Source: Daphnia carinata
Taxonomy: Eukaryota
Reading direction: 5' to 3'
DNA: 64,000 nt
Assembly: GCF_022539665.2 (NCBI RefSeq)
Contig: NC_081333.1
Location: forward strand, 13,206,001-13,270,000
Part shown: positions 1-13,594 of the stretch, piece by piece
How the letters are laid out: every line of letters starts with the position of its first letter
How positions within the stretch are numbered: position 1 is the stretch's first letter
The notes under the pieces: generated by a model
The model's database searches: none
The model's input: the letters and a program-made list of their open reading frames with translations, nothing else
Told to the model about the DNA's origin: nothing
Made by a program: the position numbers and the translations under genes

Positions 1-137
1 CCGCAAATATTTTCCCGCATTTTAGTGTCCCTTCCGCAAATATTTTCCCGCATTTTAGTGTCTCTTCCTCAAATGTTTTCCCGCATTTTAATGTCCTTTC
101 CGCAAAAAATTTCCCGCAATTTAGTTCCTTTCCGCAT
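1..137. repeat. ~34-bp tandem repeat (ccgcaaatattttcccgcattttagtgtccctt), ~4 copies, truncated by window start
   Basis: Visible tandem units, each with two CCGCA motifs. Confidence 0.85.
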
Positions 138-3100
138 TCCGTAATTATTAGCTAACCACCGGTCCCGTTAACTGGTGTTCTTACGTTTGTGTACAGTTTA
201 CGGTCTTCCCATAAGGTAAAATCTTTTATTTGTATATTGCATACTAAAGACTTAACACAGTGGCAACCCTTGACGACAAATTAATGGGGGAAAAATTTTT
301 ATATTGATGAAACAGTAGCAGGAGTGAAGGTGGGGATGTCAGATGATCAATGTCCGGCAGATGACGTGGCAGTTGGGTTATCTGCTCCCAGTGGCAGCTG
401 TCAGTGGGCCAAAGCTTCTTGCAATGTAAACTTTGATTACTAGTCTGCAGCAAAGTTAGAGCATGAACATGTATTGGTAATATAACTACTTTCGTTTTCA
501 GACTAGATCAAAGACCGTAATCATAGACTACCAACGTTTCTAACAGTTTGAGTGTGAATGGAGAGAAGAACAAAAGGAAGAATTGCCCAAAAAAAAATTC
601 TCCATTACATGCAGAAAAGATGTAAGGTCAGAACAGGTATTAATTAAATATAATATTGATCAAGAAGCCTAGTACTTCTGCTTTGCTCATGCTAAGGAGA
701 ACGTTGACTATCTAACCGAAGATATATAATCACCTGTAAACATCAAGATGGGCACTCACCCATTTTGAACTGAAGGGTATGGAAATAATCTTCTCTGAAG
801 TTTATCAGTAACATCTTGATTTTGGTTTAGTGAGAATTCTTTCATCAGAGAAATTTTTCAACCCGGTCACAATCGTTTGCATTGTAGGAAAGTGAACTAT
901 CGTGAGCTGTGATCTTCATGTCAAGGGATGCTGTGTGTGTCCTCTCAGTGACGCTAGATCAATATTGAGGGGAACTAATAAAGGTCTGTAATGGTTGCAG
1001 AAAAACAAGCCATTTGCTGCAATTACGTGCAGGTTATCTTAAGAGCATTCTTCCATTGAAGTTTCAACCCATATTGCCTAGCTCGAACACTTGGCTGGTT
1101 ACCTGATGCTTGACAAATTAATTTCTTTATCTGTTGCACAGGAGTTGTGTATTCTTGGGATATCGAAACACACCTACCGATGTCTGTAAGATGTGGCCTA
1201 GCACTTAGCACATTCATATCATATTGATCCTTACTTTACCAATAGCATTAATGGACAATTGGATCAGATGTAAGACAAGTAATATTCCAGGAATTTTTTC
1301 TCATATGATGTTGAATTTAATTTGTTTTTCTTTTACAGAAGTGTTGATCAACATATAACATAGACGTGTACATCAACATATAATGATAAAGATGTACAAG
1401 AATGCATCGGAGCCGGGTCGCACATTGGCTACATTATTAGCTAATCATCTGTGCCCTAAACTGGTAGAAACACTACGTGCTTACGTTTGTGTACAGTTTA
1501 CAGGATTCCCAAAAGGTAAAAACTTTTTTTTGTTTATTGGATACTAAAAATTTAACACAGTGGCAACCCTTGACGACAAATTAATGGGGAAGAAACTGTA
1601 ATATTTAGAAAACAGTATCAGGAGTGAAGGTGGAGACAAAAGTGTTTTGTAGCAGAAAATTTAGTTTTTATGCCCATCATAGTCTAAATTTGAATGTTGT
1701 ATGAACATGCTGTGGGCTAACCAATTATGGACATCATCAATAGTTTGGTTTACAATTTATTAATTCTTTGTTTCTTTGCTGGAAATTCAATCTTTATCTG
1801 AATGGACAGCTTTTAGGCTATTTAACATTTTTCCTTCATTACAGTTTGCTGACAGGTGGCATTTCAAAGATTTGCATCCATCTTCAATTCACAAGAGGTA
1901 CGACAAACTTTTTCACAGGTTAATTGGTTTACGTGATATGTGTTAAATGCCAGCACCTTCTTTTTGTAGGTTATATCGTGTAACTCTCGTGGTCTGTGCA
2001 GCATGGTTTACAGATTGCAGTTGTATATCTCATGGTATTAGGTGTGTTCAGCCTTTTAAGTTATAAAGCTGTTTGCGGTGGATGAAACTGAACCATTAGA
2101 AAGTACTGAATGATAAAAGTGCATTTCAAAGGGAAGTTCTATCAGGTACATAAGTAACATAAAAATAAAAACTTTGGAAGTTCCAGACAATGCCCTTGTG
2201 CAATGTTTTAATCGTAACATTAATTTTCCCTCTAGTAAGTTGTATGGCATAGTGGTATTATAAAAACAATCATTATTTTATGTTTTTTCTTTCAGGTTTT
2301 TTTGCTTCAGTTTACTACTGTTGCTGGATGGACAAAGAAAGATCGAATCAACAACATATTAAGCTGGCAGCGCATGGTCAAACTCATTTGGCATATGAAG
2401 GTATCATTTATTTGGGAATATTTGTTCGCTTCAATACAAGTATTCGTGTAGGTTTTCTTCATTGGGGTTTTAGTCACTAAACATTTTTTCTTCTTTAGGA
2501 TTTGTTAGATATGGGTGGAAGTGGTTTCAAAAATTTAGATGTAGGAGCTATTAGACTGGTAGTGTTGGCCCCATGAATCTTATTTTCTTCAAGCATTCAC
2601 GTATTCCACGATGGAACAAAAAAAACGGAACCAGCGTAATGGTATGAGATGTTTAATAACTAAATTAGTCTCATTTTATAAAATTCTGTCATGTAGGTTT
2701 GGCTTGATAACGATAGTGAGGAATATTAACATGCTGGAAACCTGGTTTTAGCATGCAAGGTAGATTGCATGACACTTTAAATTCAGCTTCATGTATTGGG
2801 ATTGAGACTTCACACTTAATAAGGTATTAGTAACCAGGTTTATTGACAAATATATTTGGAAATGTAATGCAATGTTGTTGTTTTTGTTTTTTTTACAGAT
2901 ACAACAGAATAACAAAGTTGTTGAATGAACGTGAGATTGGAATGTTGGAGGATGAGACATGGATTTGACCAAATGGTAAGAAAAAAGATGAACATGAACC
3001 AATAAGCTAGAAAAATTGTGGGTTGGCAAAACATTATAATTTCATTTTTCGTAGGATAGTTAATGAAGGATGTTGGAAGAAATGCTGATAGATATCCAGT

Positions 3101-3769
3101 TAGGAATGGTTTATTGCTTTTGTTCTTTCTGTTGCATGTCTGTGGTAAGAAACCTTAAACTTTTGTCCAGTTTATTTCCTCTTATTAATCTAACAGTTTA
3201 AATCAATTTTACAGTGTATACTAACTATTGACAAAGTTCAACAGGCCAGAACATTACTGCGTGTTCATGTATAGCAATCAGTCAACACCTGCTGGTATTA
3301 TATGCCTACTAACTAATCTTAGCATCATCTTACATAATTCTGTTATACAGTTTGGCTTGAATTATTCATTCATTATTCTACTGAATCAAATCAATGGTAT
3401 GAATGAAGCTTGGTAAACACTTTTATTTAATTTTCTTTCTGGTTTGGCTTGGTTTGTTTTATGTGTTCCTTAAATAGATAAAAACTTTTATTTCAGCTGC
3501 TGAAGCAGGTGATGAAGCTTGGTAATACAGTTTTAGGATAGGTTTAAGATGCTTGTGTAGTTTAATGTTGATTCTCTTTTGATGCCATTTAGTCGATATA
3601 TTAATTTTTTATTTCGTAGCTTTGTTTTGTGGCTTTGTATTAACCTCTAGGCTGAATGAAAGTAATCAAAAAAAGATAAAAAGATAAAAAAGGAGGCACT
3701 TTACTGTGCCATTGTTTCCACTTTTTTTCTTATTGTGTTTTCTTGCTTGATCATTTTCCAAGTTTACAA

Positions 3770-4005
3770 TGAGGAGATGCTATTCACAGTGCATCTTAGA
3801 AGCCATTGTGCACACTGGATTTGAAAATAAACAGTGGGAGTTTCTCAACCAAAATATAACTAGCTTGACCAAAAGAACGAGATAACTGAAAGGTTTTGTA
3901 TTGCAAGAAACATTTAGCAATGCTGTCAACATGGTGATCGTATATTTACCAAAGAAATAAAGCTTTTCTACCTCTGTCTCAACAACTACAGGACAAGGAG
4001 GTAAG
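3770..4005 (+). pseudogene. PSMD12: Decayed N-terminal fragment of 26S proteasome subunit PSMD12/Rpn5
   Basis: Manual translation ILEAIVHTGFENKQWEFLNQNITSLTKRTR*LK resembles PSMD12 [33 protein letters not shown]; in-frame stop. Confidence 0.7.
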
Positions 4006-4489
4006 GTGATAACTTGAATTTTTAATACCAAGGCTGTGTTTGTTGTTCCTGTTTAAGTAATAATTAACTTGGTAAGGATCATACTGTCGGGATAATCCCA
4101 AAGATTTGGATGTTATTATCCCGGTTGTAGTGAAGAAAAATATTTATGTTATTATTAAAATGTTACGAAGTGATTTATATGTCTTGAAGTGCTGATTTAT
4201 TAGTAGAACTTTTTGGAATTCATTTCCAAGCCATGTGTTTGCCAAGAAGAATCATAGATCACATTCAAATGTGGGTCCTAAAGATTATTACGTTAATTTT
4301 TTCAAAAATAAAACATCTTTGGACCCACCTACACTGAAGCCAAAGTACACTTCGTGGATTTTCAAAGAACTTTTGACATAATGTATAAGATTGTACAGAT
4401 ATCTATATTATCGATCATCTCATCTATGATCGATATGATCTCATCCATGATATCTGATGATAATATAGATAATTATAGATGATTTAGAT

Positions 4490-5065
4490 TTAATATTTAA
4501 CAAAAATCACGAATATTAAATTTGTTTTTCTGTAAACTTCGTGGTTTATGAGATATTTTAAATATAAAAGTAGGTACGCTAGAAATTTAAGGCCCGACAA
4601 AACAACTAGCCCGACTTTTACCTAAAAAATTAATATCTATAAAACTAGATAACTATACATGATTTAGATGCTAAATTAAACAAGAATCACGAATATGATA
4701 TTTGTTTTTATGTAGACTTAATGGTTTTTGAGTTATTTAAAATATAAAAGTAGGTACGCTAGAAATTTAAGGCCGGACAAAACAACATGCCAGATTTTTA
4801 CCTAAAAAATTTATATCAATAAAACTAGATAACTATAGATGAGTGAGATGCTAAATTTAACGTTAATCACAAATATGAAATTTGTTTTTATATAGACTTG
4901 ATGGTTTTTGAGTTATTTCAAATGTAAAAGTAGGTACACTAGAAATTTAAGGCCCGACAAAACAACAAGCCCGATTTTTACCTAAAAAATTAATATTAAT
5001 AAAACTAGATAACTTTATATGAGTTAGATGCTAAATTTAACAACAATTATGAAAATGAAATTTGT
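4490..5065 (+). repeat. 180-bp AT-rich tandem repeat (~3 units)
   Basis: aat(a/g)taaaagtaggtac recurs at 4561, 4741 and 4921, an exact 180-bp period. Same family at ~19000-19175, 45590-46310 and 48755-49475. Confidence 0.92.
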
Positions 5066-6607
5066 TGTTCACCATGTTAAAACGATTAGATAAATAACGG
5101 TTAGGCAACGCAGCCTCACTAGTAGTTCCCGCCAATGTTTTCTGCTATGCCAAACTTCAGACGAAGTCCGGTAGCGAAGGTGTGTAGTCACGTATCTAAA
5201 ACATCTGAAGTTGTAGAAAATGCTCTTGAGTAATGTAGTAATCGTAACTTTTATTTCCCTTTTATTAAGTTGTTTGGCATAGTGGTATAAAAAACAATCT
5301 TTATCTTATGTTTATCTTTCAGGATTTTTGTTTTGGTTTACTGCTGTTCCTGGATGGACAATGGACGATAGAAACAACAAAATAGTAAGCTGGCAACTCA
5401 TTTGGCATGATAAAATGAACAGCCTTTCAATTCCAAACAAAAACGAGTCATGGTAATTGTATGTTTCGTATACATTTCTGTATTAACTATCACTTATCTA
5501 GATTACTCTTTTGACATGACACTTTATATGGCTGGTCTCGGAGTAGATAATGCTTGTTGTATGCAGAATATCTCACTGAGAAGGGGTTCTACTATGGAAG
5601 GAGTATCGTGTTTTACTACAGGCTGACCAGAATCACAAGCACATTGATTGGAAACTATTGTGAATTTCAAGAATTGGTAAGTGAAATATTAATAGTAATA
5701 ATACGAAATTGTAATAATTTTCTAATGATAAGTAATTACTTTGGATTTATTGTTGGGAAAAGGTGACAATTTTTATAATATAAATTATTATTTTGTAACA
5801 GGTTAGAAACCATTTTCTAGGCTGTTTATGGTAAAGTATATTATATAAAGCTATGAATTCATGTTATCCCAACAAATTGTAAACAATTGTACTAATTTTT
5901 ATCTACCTTTGTCGAAGCTTTGTTAGCTATAGGTCCCTATAGACAAACTTACACTTCAGTTACTAGCAGATGAACAGCCTTTCAATTTCGATCAAAAGGA
6001 GTTGTGGTAATTTTTATATTATTTTTATTGTTATATTTCATTATTTGTTATTATATTTATAACAGGTGTGTAAAACAAATTTCTAACCTGTTTGTGGTAA
6101 AGTACTTTATTTATCAATTATGAATAATGTTATCCTACTAAATTGAAAATAATTGTACTAATGTTAGGCTAACCTTGTCGAAGCTTTGTAATCCATAGGT
6201 CTCTTACTTTACTTGTCTTTCAGTGATCAGGACAATGGGGCTTAGCGTAACATTTAATAGTTATTCAAAGTCAGAACAGTTGAAATTTCAAGTAGATTCA
6301 CATGTGCAGGGAATACTTGTAATAGTATTTTGCAGGTACAAGAATTATACATACATATTACAACTGTATTGATGAGATTTTCGATGCTTAATAATTTCTA
6401 TTTCCATTCAGAAGTAACAGGTTATTAATGTGACTTGAAGTACATGATGAATACCAGCAGAGATGAAACCTAAGAGTAACAACGAACATATAGTATGGTA
6501 CTATAAATGTTTTAAATAATCAGTGGTACTTAACAATTTTCAGTTCCTCGTTTGATGCAGTTTGAAAGGCAGCCAGATTAAAAACTTGAGCACCTACTCA
6601 CACACAG

Positions 6608-6975
6608 GAGAAGGATGGTGAATTTGGGTATTTGCTGATAGGGATTGGTGTTTCAAACAATGGAAATACTTGGGAGCCCAAGAAAATCTTTATTGTAACA
6701 ATTTGATTGCAGCATTCGAAAGCAAATTTCTACCGTTGAATGAGCATCCTGAAAACAAGATAAGCCAAGAGAAGAAAATTGCGAAGAAAAAAAGAACTAA
6801 AGCACAGGTTTGTTTCGTATTCTTAACTAGAAGCAATGAACATCAAGTTGTGGTCAGTAAATCTATAGTTTTCTCCATGTCATTATGGATGCCCAGTCTT
6901 CCAACATGATTTGATCGAAATGTAGAGGCGGAGACAATTTTAGGAGTGAGCAATTACTGTAAAGAAACTACATAG
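6608..6975 (+). pseudogene. Decayed HP1/CBX-like fragment (chromodomain C-half, basic hinge, start of chromoshadow), copy A
   Basis: EKDGEFGYLLIGIGVSNNGNTWEP / QENLYCNNLIAAFE (frameshifted) matches chromodomain VEYLLKWKGF..NTWEPEENL.C..LI..F. Then KKIAKKKRTK, then FDRNVEAETILG matching chromoshadow GFDRGLEAEKILGA. Confidence 0.8.
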
Positions 6976-8894
6976 GTGACTGTTTTGTTTGTGTTTTATT
7001 AAAACTACCCCATATCATTTTCAAGAGATATTTTTTTTGTTTTCAGATAGATATACTGACGTGTGAAGAAGGGTAGTTACAGGGCAGGAGAGTATACCCT
7101 TTCATTTATCTAGATCTGTTAATTGGGGAGCTCTATTATGGTAACAGTAGTGTTTTAGTACAACCTGACCAGAATAACAAACTCATTTTCGAAGTTTTGA
7201 ACATTTTAGTTTGCAGTATAATACTTTTTCCTTTTTATTGTTATAAATTTTGTCTTTTTAGCTGCTGAATGGAACTGGAATAGGAAATACTGGAATTGTA
7301 GTGACAGCCCATTGTGTAGTTGGAAAAATAAGAAAGATATTTATTTCTAGGTAATTGAATGTATTGTTTAACATTTATCTAGTCTATTGATTGTGAAGGA
7401 ATTTAATAAAATATTGTTTTATTACAGATCAGATATAAAAATAGTCAGAGGATTGTAAATCATAGATCTCTCAGTGATCATAGTATTTCAGACCCATCAG
7501 ACAATTGAATAATTATTCAGTCAGAACATGTTGAAATATTAAATAGAAGCACATGTGCAGAAGATGCCTTTTAATAATGTGTTGCAAGTACAAGTTTTAC
7601 ATATATATTTTCCAACTGTATTGATAAGATTGTCAATATCTAATAATTTCTATTTACATCCAGGAATTTGAATTGTTTTGTTGTTGAAATTTGATGCAGT
7701 TTTAAAGGCAGCCAGAATAAGCACTTCAGCACCTACTCACATACGGATTGGAAAATGGTCATTCCTTAAAGAAATGGAATGCTATTGGTAACAGTTTGAT
7801 TTAATTAAGAATTAGTTTACTAACATAGATTTAGAGCTAATGTAATACGAAACTGATAACCTCTTAGTTTATATATTTAAAGAAGACAATGAAGCTAATT
7901 AGCATTAATCCAACTTACCTGACAGGCGAATCGATCGACGACGGTATTGATAGTTGTGGTATAATTGTAGAGGCAAGACTCTGGACGAATGTGAATATTC
8001 AGCGTCTAGACGTTGCCTTAAATACTCACAGACACGGTTCACATTACTGCTTTCCCGGAAGTAGAGTGTAGGGTAGAGGGACCTAACTCTGAAGGTCGAT
8101 AGGATGAAGGGCAAATTTTTATTTCCAGGTGAGCCCGAGGTTATAGCCATTCCCCATCGATTTATCCTACGTTACTTTGAATTTTTTTTTTTGTGTTTCC
8201 AAAGGCCAAAAACAGATGAAGAACCTCGGGCATTCACAAAAAAGGAGGGGGGAGAGGAAGAAAAAAAGAATCTAGCAGCTCAGTAGCTCTTTCACCTGCA
8301 CGCGGTGCACTAGTGTAGATTTGTTGCTTACATCCACGTCTAACTACTCTTAGAACTTTCGCACGTGTTCTCAGCTTTCACAAATTGTAGATTCATCAAT
8401 TACGCACTAATAACGCACTGTTTCCGCACCTCGTTTAGCCTTTGCACTGGTTTTGTTTAGTTGGAGTACGATAAGTCTAGATAAAATAGATAAACGTAGA
8501 TTAAGTTTAAGGATAAGTAAATCTAAAGTTTAAATTAAGGCTGCTTTAAGTAAGGCGTAAAGCATAGTCCACCTCACTTCGTTACTTATGCACAACACTA
8601 TCTCAGCCATTTTCTTCCACTGTTTCATGTAATTATTTACCGTAGTCAATTCGCAAATCATTTTTCTACGAACATTTGTACGTTTCGAATTCGCACAGTT
8701 TACACATGCACAAGCCAAACCTAATCCAAACAATCTCCTGACCCTTTATCTATTAATAAACAATTTCTTTTTTCAGGAACTTTTTATCCAATGTAACTGT
8801 AATTTGTGTACTTGATGCCTGTTAGAATTAAGATGATACATGGTGCAGTTCAAATATTCAAAAATTTTTATTTTTGTCCCTTCCTTAAATACAG

Positions 8895-10370
8895 GAGTGC
8901 AATTTCTGGGGCCGAAGAGGACATTGGGCAACGAGGATAGCCCCGCAGCCACTGGAATATCGCCCAGGATTCCGAGGTATATAATAAAATATTTAGTATT
9001 TATGTATTTGTTTTAAATCTTATATATCTAGGAGGGCCACATCACCACCAAAGGGGGACCGTTGGGCAACGAAGGTCACCGCCAAAATCCTAGCCCATAA
9101 TCGCAAGGTATTTAACAATTGTAAGTGTTTTACCATGTTCTATGTATTTATCTGTGTCTAGGAGGGCTGGCAACACTACCGAGGAGGATTATTGGACGCC
9201 GGGAATCGCCGCCGAAGTCGCCAAGGGTTACCAGGTATTGCTTTAACAATTTTAAATGTCTAATCGTTTTTTTCTATGTTTGTAAGGTGGTCCACATCAC
9301 CGAAGAAAGCGATCGGACAACGAGGTTCGCCGTCGGAGCCACCTTGATCGTCGCCCAAAATTGTCACGTATTTCATTAAAAGTTTTAAGTTTTGAACAAT
9401 GGTTTTATTTTGTTTTTATGGATTTAGGAGGGCAGCATCACCATCGAAGAGGATGCGCGACATCGAGGAGCGCCGCTGGAGCAACGAGAGGCACGGGTAT
9501 TGAGGTATTTTTTAAAAAACGTTTAAGTGCTTAATCATGTTTGTTTTTTTATGTATGTAAGAGGGCCTCACCACCGCCGAAGAGGATGCTGGACGCCGAA
9601 CGCCGAAGAGGATGGAGCACCGACATCGTCTTCATAGATGTTACAGGTATATGTGTTACAGGTTTAATTGACTAACCATGTTTTTTTTTGTATTTTAGAG
9701 GTTTCCATCATCGCTAAGGAGGACTACTGGACAACGAAGTTCGTCGTCGGAGGCATCATAATTGTTGCCCAAAATTTTAAAGTATTTAATTGAAAGTTTT
9801 AAGTTTTACACTATGATTTTATTTTGTTTTTGTGTTTTTAGGAGGGCTTCGCCACCATTGAAAAGGATGTAGGACGCTGTCGGAGTTACCATGATCGTCG
9901 CCCAAAATTGTCATGTATTTATTTGTAAATTTTAAGTGTTACACTATGATCTAACGATGTTTTTATTTATTTAGGAAGGCCCTACCACCATCGAAGAGGA
10001 TGCTGGGCATCGAGGATCGTCGCTGGAGCTATGGTAATTGTTGCCCAAATTTGTCAAGTATTGAATTGAAAGTTTAAAGTTTTACGCCATGATTTTGTTG
10101 TTTTTATGTATTTAGTAGGGTCCCACCACCGCCGAAGAAGACGCTGGAGACCGAAGAGGACCGAGATCGTCGCCACGGATATTCAGGTGTATTTTTTATT
10201 TATTTAGTGTTTAACCATAGTTTTTTTTAATGTATATAGGAGGGCCTCGCTACCACCGAAGAGGACCACTGGACACCGTGGATCGTCGTTCGAGGAATGA
10301 GGGTCGTCGCCCAGCCCCGAAATTCACGCCCATTAGGAAGATGGAAATGAAGATGGTACGGTTGAGTATT
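8895..10370 (+). repeat. Tandem array of ~130-bp exon+intron-like units (~11), copy A
   Basis: Each unit: tag|GAGGGC..CACCACCGAAGAGGA...(CAAG/CAG)|gtat followed by an AT-rich ~55-65 nt spacer. Confidence 0.85.
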
Positions 10371-11603
10371 GCCAAATTGGCTTTTACTTACTTTATTTCG
10401 TATTGTGATTTGTGTGATTGATATGTGTTTGCTTCGTTCCTTCTTTATTCCCATTCTTTTCCCTCGAGCATTATTGCTTATGGTTTCACCGTTCACTGAG
10501 CCTTCAAATTCACTACACCTGCACCCCACAGTTCATTCACGGTTTGTTTGCTATTTTGCACCGGTCGGGATTAGTGTTTTAGGTAATGTAGCCCAGCTTA
10601 CATAGGTTTCACGCTAAGTATTTTTCTGTTGCAAGTTTACGAACACTAACTGCTTAAGTAAAAAAAGGAAAACAAAATGAATAAATGGGCAACTTATTGT
10701 TGTTTTTTTTTATATGGAATAGGATTGAAAAAGTATACAAAAACAATTAATCGCTTGTGATCGGGTTGAATACATCGATTGTCAACCCGATAAAAACAGG
10801 AAGGGGAAATAACCCGTCTAATCTGCCCCATAAACAGAAATGAATAACCCGCTCAGCAAAACCCGACCCGGTCGACGTGGGGCTGTGAATCTGACCCAAG
10901 TCATAGATAAAGACGACTGGTTCGTTATGTCCATAAGAGAAATAACATGGGCTGCTGACGCAAAAATTTAGGGTACCCTTCCTACGATTTTTTGGATCCT
11001 TACTCTGATTGTACTGCCATCTAGTGGAGGTTTTGATCACTACTGAAAGTGTAAGTAGCTTTCCACCAACCGCCATTGTTCGTGGCAGTTTGTGGCGTCC
11101 TGAAGCTGGATTTGGCTTGAAAATGTCGTTCCCTAAAGAAAATAAGAATAGGATAGGTTTGTACAGTTTGATTTATGGAGTGATCTGTTATAATTTTGAA
11201 TGACCAAAGTAAATAATATTTGAATTTAAAGCTTACAATATGACAGGCAGCTTTGGTAAATGGAAAAAAGGGAAACAAGAACTTGAAAGTGTCGTGCGTC
11301 TAACCAAAATTTGAAGAAAATTGATCCAAAAAATCAAGAGCCTGATAAAAAGCGAGGACCCATTGACATCGTTTCTCATAAAAAGTAACTCTTCTGAAGG
11401 TCTTTTCATTTCTAGCTTGCTAACCAATATTCTAACTCTGGGTGTTTTTATAGTTCAAGATCTCGATAGTAACAAAGTTGGTGTGGACAACAATAGTTCT
11501 ACCCAAAAAATTTATACCAGGGACCATACTTCCAATCCTGAAAGAACTGCAAGTTTGTCTAGCAGCTAAGCTCTCGTAATTCACAGGTATGTGTAAATCT
11601 TTA

Positions 11604-11703
11604 NNNNNNNNNNNNNNNNNNNNNNNNNNNNNNNNNNNNNNNNNNNNNNNNNNNNNNNNNNNNNNNNNNNNNNNNNNNNNNNNNNNNNNNNNNNNNNNNN
11701 NNN
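11604..11703. other. Assembly gap (100 N)
   Basis: Run of N. Confidence 1.
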
Positions 11704-13290
11704 TAGGTGGCATCCAATTTGATCGCAATGATCTTTTGGGTAGCGGTGGCTTCGCATCAGTGTATCGTGGTAAATATCAAGGTAAAAGTATAGCAGTCAA
11801 AAGAATTATGAAGGAAAAGGATGGCAGAGATCCAATAGCTGGCAACGAGTTAAAATTTCTGCAGCAGTTACGCCATCCCAATATTGTTAAATTGGTCCAC
11901 TTCACAAGCGATGTCGACTTCACGTAAGATTATTACGTAATAACTTTGAATTTAAAAGAAAATTTCAATATGATTTCTGTTATTCAGTTACCTTGCTTTG
12001 GAATTGTGCGACGCATCATTGGATCAGGTGTTCCTAAAAAAGGACGATCTTCGGAAATACAAAGGACCTGCATTACCGAATGATTTCGAGGTTTTCTCCC
12101 AATTAGCCACTGGTCTCAGATACATTCATTCACAGCGTGTAATTCATCGGGACATTAATCCGACAAACATTCTCATTTCTGTGAAACATACTGACCAAGG
12201 TGAAGAAGCAACTATCAAGTGGGCTGATTTTGTATTTGCACGAGAAGTGAGTGAAAGGGGAACATTCACAATGAGTGGAGTCAAAGGGACTCTACCTTGG
12301 TTCTCTCCCGAAGAGATGGAAATTATGGGCAGAGACCTAAGCATTGAAAAAACTAAAGGCTCTATCAAAAGCCACGTATTCAAAGAAGGCCTCGTCTTTG
12401 GTTATATTCTCTTAAAAGGAAGACATATCTACGGGGAGAATGAGTTGGAAATTAGGAACAACATTATGAAAAACGAATCAGTCAATATGAGTAGTAAGTT
12501 ACCTATTGAGGCAGATCATATAACATAAGTATAATAAGCAAATGTATAAAATTTTCTAAAAATAGAAATTCACCAACAGCATTTAGCTCGTAACTTGATA
12601 GAACAAATGCTGATCTACAGACCTGACAATAGAATTACATCTGAAGAAGTTGTTAATCAGCTTGAAGCCATAAATATCAAAGTAAGCAATTCACACAAGT
12701 TTAACACCTTCTTCGTCAGTGAAATTTTAGTTTTCTAACAAAGGTTTTCCATTTAGCTTAGCGAAAAGGAAAAACAGCTTCATCAGCTGTCTACATGTCC
12801 CACAACAGATTGTAGGAACAAAATCGAATCTTTAATGCAACTCGGTGTCGACTTAAACGCAAAGGATGACGATGGATGGAATGCGCTTCATCTTGTGTGT
12901 CGAAACAATTCAAGCCCACATTTAATCGATGCGATTAAACTCTTGATCGAACTCGGCATCGACAAAAACGCAAAAACCAACAATGGATCAAATGCGCTTC
13001 ATATTTGTGTGAATACAATTCAAGCCCACACTTAATCGATGCAATTAAACTCTTGATCGAACTCGGCTTCGATAAAAACGCAAAGAACAACGATGGAAAG
13101 AATGCCCTTCATCTTTTGTACGAATGCCATTCAAGCCCACAATCATTTCAAGCGATTGAACTCTTGATCGAACTCGGCGTCGACTTACGCTAAGGAGATT
13201 ATTCATAGAACCGAATGCACTCGAATTGAGCCGGCGCAAAAAACATCTTACAAACTGCAACGTAGACGATATCTTTAAAAACGGACAAGG
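11704..13290 (+). pseudogene. Degenerate IRE1-like kinase-ankyrin gene, paralog of 54242-56508; 5' end lost in gap
   Basis: Exons <11704-11923, 11988-12493, 12566-12681, 12757-~13290, with intron positions as in the paralog. HRDIK changed to HRDIN, DFG to DFV, SDVF to SHVF; 1-nt frameshift near 13003; only 3 ankyrin units. Confidence 0.85.
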
Positions 13291-13450
13291 TGAATGTTTA
13301 AAGAAATTAAGGCTGTTTGCAAGCGGGACAGACAAACAAAACGCTACGTTGCAATGAATGAGATGATCAGCAAATTACAGCTAACTACGTATTTTCATCA
13401 ACCACAAACAGCATTAATTACAAATTGAAATATCAACGCGTTTTACGAAC

Positions 13451-13573
13451 ATTGTAGTCGAATGTTCGTTCGACCTGAACTGTGTCGACCTTGTATTCTA
13501 CAGCTCTTTTACAGCAGACAAAAAAGGTAGTTTAGGAGGGAGGGTTGGTAACCCTTTGGCCTCAGACCTTTTC
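13451..13573 (+). repeat. DIRS left inverted terminal repeat
   Basis: 13472-13573 is the reverse complement of 17924-18025. The first 33 nt are complementary to ICR 17654-17686. Confidence 0.95.
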
Positions 13574-13594
13574 TAGCTCTGTTACAGCATAGTC

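Larger units (their letters stand above)
5067..10900 (+). repeat. ~5.8-kb composite module, copy A (direct repeat of 24433-30510; partly inverted at 37480-42500)
   Basis: Colinear with copy B from gttcaccatgttaaaacg to ctgtgaatctgacc; duplicated short ORFs in the track (5554/24920, 6670/26036, 9125/28586). Confidence 0.93.

Noticed and set aside
760..930. M17 aminopeptidase-like VCIVGK fragment
   Set aside because: Only a few residues match, followed by a stop.
1965..2560. Relic transposase C-terminus (QQHIKLAAH, YGWKW, Cys-rich SCNSRGLC..CSC)
   Set aside because: Motifs are short, in different frames and not in the expected order; needs a profile search.
8895..10370. CRISPR-like repeat/spacer array
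   Set aside because: Eukaryotic context, degenerate repeats, spacers related to each other and intron-like, no cas genes.
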